Shown: positions 15,511 through 18,217 of the stretch, piece after piece
Layout of the letters: every line of letters begins with the position of its first letter
Position numbering within the stretch: position 1 is the stretch's first letter
From: an uncultured bacterium
Lineage (GTDB): Bacteria; Fidelibacterota; Marinisomatia; Marinisomatales; UBA1611
Direction of reading: 5' to 3'
Length of the DNA stretch: 18,217 nucleotides
NCBI GenBank assembly: GCA_965660855.1
Contig: CBFIBM010000018.1
Coordinates: 1 to 18,217, forward strand
Notes under the pieces: model-generated
Told to the model about the DNA's origin: nothing
The model's database searches: none
What the model saw: only the letters and a program-made list of their open reading frames with translations
Translations under genes and position numbers: made by a program

Positions 15511-17859
15511 ATGAAACAATCCTTAATAATCGCATTTACTTTATTTTCTTTGCTTGAGGGTAAAACTGGAATAATATCAGGTTTTGTAAGTGATTCTTCA
15601 TCAGGTGAGGCATTGATTGGAGCAAATGTATTTTTAAAAGAAACTGGTCAAGGTATGGCTACTGACATGAATGGTTATTACATCATACAAAATATCAAGC
15701 CAGGCTCTTACAGTTTGATGACATCATATGTTGGTTATTCAATGTTTGAAAAACAAATTACAATAAATGAAAATGAATCTGCTAAAGTTGATATTTCGCT
15801 TTCTGAATTAGTTGTTGAGTTAACAGGAATCTCTGTAACCGCTGAAAAACTACAAAGAAAAAATAATATTCAGCCAAGTAAAATCAACCTAAGCCCGAGA
15901 ATGATGAAAGCTGCTCCGGGGTTAGCCGAACCAGATTTATTTCGAACTATTCAGTCGTTACCGGGTGTTCTGACTACTTCGGAATATAGTACGGGATTAA
16001 TAATTAGAGGAGGAAATACGGATCAAAATTTGATAATGCTCGATGGTATAACTGTATATAATCCCTCTCATTTAGGTGGAATATTTTCTAATTTTATCGT
16101 AGATGGTGTAAAAGAAGCAGAATTAATTAAAGGGGCTTACAATGCTGAATATGGTGGAAGGCTATCTGCAGTTTTGAATGTTTTAAGTCGAGAGGGAAAT
16201 AAGAACGAGTTCAAAGGTAAGGCAAACCTCAGTCTTCTCTCTGCACAGACTACTCTTGAAGGACCATTTTATAAAGGTGCTTGGGTATTGAGTGGAAGAA
16301 GGACTTATTTTGATTTATTACTGCCTAAAATTTTACCGGACAATATTTCCTCTAATATTCCCCCTTACTATTTTTATGATATTCAGAGCCATATTTTTTC
16401 AGATTTAACTTCTAAAGATCGAATTTCATTTAGTTTTTATACAGGAATTGATGATATCATTTTTGATACTTTTGGCCTTGATGGACGTTGGGGGAATAGA
16501 ACCTTAAGTGCGCATTATCGTAGGGTGTTTAATGAGCGTTTTGTTGGAAATTTTTTATTAGCAAATAGTAAGTTTTTTACAAAATTTGGACTTGGAGGTT
16601 CTAACGGGCTCATCAGCGATAATGGAATTGATGATAATACATTTTCTGGAAATATATCATGGTTTAAATCACCTGAATCCATAATAAAAATTGGAGCTCA
16701 AGTTAAAAGACTAGGTTTTGAATATATTAGTAAGTTCAATACGGATACTACTTTTTTAATAAAAACTAAACCATGGGAATTATCCACTTATGCAAAATTA
16801 AAACATGAGGTTAGTGATTTATTTATTATTGAACCAGGATTTAGGATTAACTATTATAATGTTTATCGTAATTCACTAAACCCCGATTTAAGGTTAGGTT
16901 TAAAATACATACTAACCGAGGACAGGTACATAAATCTTTCATTTGGAAATTATCATCAATTTATAAGCACATTTCAAGATGATTTCAATCCAAATATTTT
17001 AGATAATTGGATTGCTGCAGATGAATCTGTAGAGCCCGGCAAGTCAATTCAAGCGGTAATTGGATATGAAGAATATATAAATAACATGTACAAAATTCAA
17101 ATAGAAGCCTACTACAAAGATCTGAAGAACCTGTTAACGTTTGAAGAAGAACGTTCTTCAACAGATGCATTAGTATCGGATGAGAATTTATCTGATATCC
17201 TGACCCCATCCAACGGATATGCATATGGGTTTGAACTTTTTGGTCAAAAGATGGCAGGTAGTTTAAGTGGTTGGGTTTCATATACATATTCTGTTTCAAG
17301 AAAAATCATGAATAGTATTTTTGAAGAGGGAGAAAAAGAGTATTACACTAATTGGGATAGGACACATGCTTTCAGCGCTCTTGGTAGTTATCAGTTTAAC
17401 AAAAAATGGGAAATGAACTGGCGATATGCTCTCCAATCAGGGCAGGCATTTACACCTATATTAGGTTATTATTTACAGAAGTTTCCAGAGAGTCCTGAAG
17501 AAGTTCCTAGAACAATACCAGGTACTCGTAATTCTGGAAGGTACGAACCCTACAATCGATTAGATTTAGGATCTGTTTATCATGCGAATATAGCTGGCAA
17601 AAAGATTGATTTTTTCTTTCAAATAATTAATACTTTCAATAGAAAAAATACATTTAGAAAAGTTTATGATCTTGGAAATGCTAATAATGGACTTGATGAC
17701 GACAATGATTGGGAAAAGGACAAACATGACACTAACGGTAATGGCAAACCTGATCCTGGCGAGGTAAATGTTGATGAACCAGATGAGGGTGTTATAAGAG
17801 AGAGAAATTTAAGCTTATTTCCAATTATTCCAACTTTTGGTTTTACATGGGAGTTTTAA
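15511..17859 (+). CDS. TonB-dependent outer membrane receptor with N-terminal CarboxypepD_reg-like domain
   Basis: Signal peptide, ISGFVSD..SGEALIGANV...GYY...SYVGY domain, plug (LPGV, IRGG.TDQNLIMLDG, KGAYNAEYGGRLSAV), amphipathic barrel strands, C-terminal Phe (FGFTWEF). Confidence 0.95.
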   Translation: MKQSLIIAFTLFSLLEGKTGIISGFVSDSSSGEALIGANVFLKETGQGMATDMNGYYIIQNIKPGSYSLMTSYVGYSMFEKQITINENESAKVDISLSELVVELTGISVTAEKLQRKNNIQPSKINLSPRMMKAAPGLAEPDLFRTIQSLPGVLTTSEYSTGLIIRGGNTDQNLIMLDGITVYNPSHLGGIFSNFIVDGVKEAELIKGAYNAEYGGRLSAVLNVLSREGNKNEFKGKANLSLLSAQTTLEGPFYKGAWVLSGRRTYFDLLLPKILPDNISSNIPPYYFYDIQSHIFSDLTSKDRISFSFYTGIDDIIFDTFGLDGRWGNRTLSAHYRRVFNERFVGNFLLANSKFFTKFGLGGSNGLISDNGIDDNTFSGNISWFKSPESIIKIGAQVKRLGFEYISKFNTDTTFLIKTKPWELSTYAKLKHEVSDLFIIEPGFRINYYNVYRNSLNPDLRLGLKYILTEDRYINLSFGNYHQFISTFQDDFNPNILDNWIAADESVEPGKSIQAVIGYEEYINNMYKIQIEAYYKDLKNLLTFEEERSSTDALVSDENLSDILTPSNGYAYGFELFGQKMAGSLSGWVSYTYSVSRKIMNSIFEEGEKEYYTNWDRTHAFSALGSYQFNKKWEMNWRYALQSGQAFTPILGYYLQKFPESPEEVPRTIPGTRNSGRYEPYNRLDLGSVYHANIAGKKIDFFFQIINTFNRKNTFRKVYDLGNANNGLDDDNDWEKDKHDTNGNGKPDPGEVNVDEPDEGVIRERNLSLFPIIPTFGFTWEF

Positions 17860-18217
17860 ATGATGATTAATTATTTTTATAAGTTATCTTTATTTTTATT
17901 AATTATTTTGCAATCTTGTAGTTTTAATGATGATGAAATCGTTTATGAAGAAACATTAGTTGTCTTTGCAAATATTACGGCTGATTTTCCAGTTATTGAC
18001 ACTGTTTTAGTATCACGTACCAGTACGATTGGAGAAAGTCTACCGTCAGATAGTCTTTGGGAGGAAAATGCAGAGGTTACACTCATCGATTCTAGTGGAG
18101 ATAAACTTCAATTCTTAAATTTTGGGAAAGGTAGATACTTTCCAGTAAACGAAAGTTCTACTCCTGAGGAACTAACAAATTATTTAAGTTTTATAATTCG
18201 TGGCGGCGAGGAGTATC
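17860..18217 (+). CDS. Lipoprotein partner of TonB-dependent receptor (DUF4249-like), 3' end outside window
   Basis: Not in ORF track. ATG at 17860 abuts receptor stop: MMINYFYKLSLFLLIILQSCSFNDDEIVYEETLVVFANITADFPVIDTVLVSRT...ENAEVTLIDSSG...GKGRY...IIRGGEEY; lipobox LQSC; LVV...V.VSRT...A.VTL...G.Y pattern resembles DUF4249. Confidence 0.8.
   Translation, partial: MMINYFYKLSLFLLIILQSCSFNDDEIVYEETLVVFANITADFPVIDTVLVSRTSTIGESLPSDSLWEENAEVTLIDSSGDKLQFLNFGKGRYFPVNESSTPEELTNYLSFIIRGGEEY

Noticed and set aside
2020..17299. Other short ORF-track entries inside or antisense to real genes (2020, 2557, 4705, 8757, 9113, 9837, 10235, 11329, 13236, 13273, 13819, 14116, 15159, 16985)
   Set aside because: All overlap well-supported CDSs and show mirror-codon composition with no family features.
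1039..17859. Idea that the TBDR is a B12 importer serving QueG
   Set aside because: No cobalamin riboswitch or BtuB-specific evidence, and the genes are ~13.5 kb apart in different units.

Overview
Gene-dense, AT-rich (roughly 30% GC by eye) bacterial chromosomal segment with no mobile element, CRISPR array, tRNA or rRNA that I can see. The gene repertoire (FCB-type TonB-dependent receptor plus DUF4249-like lipoprotein, acidic DxNGNG loops, LDH-like MDH) suggests a marine FCB-group organism such as Marinimicrobia; this is inference only. Left half is housekeeping: a partial secreted Ala/Glu/Lys-rich protein (-), nudF-like Nudix hydrolase and queG (+), then a minus-strand run rng(RNase E/G)-rplU-rpmA-mdh-DUF4097-like protein, with clear terminators and a stringent-type rplU promoter. 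Right half (+): a FecR-domain protein coupled to peptidase E, then a tightly packed run of MarR regulator, OMF, MFP, RND pump, NDUFA9-like SDR, TonB-dependent receptor and partial lipoprotein, preceded by three 16-bp MarR-type operator palindromes. The best candidates for something undescribed are (i) a ~200-nt structured 5' leader of rng with a hairpin plus U-tract and an anti-Shine-Dalgarno helix, (ii) the apparent single export+redox+import transcription unit under MarR control, and (iii) an acidic, probably Ca2+-binding insertion near the receptor C-terminus. None is proven; most of the window is ordinary.
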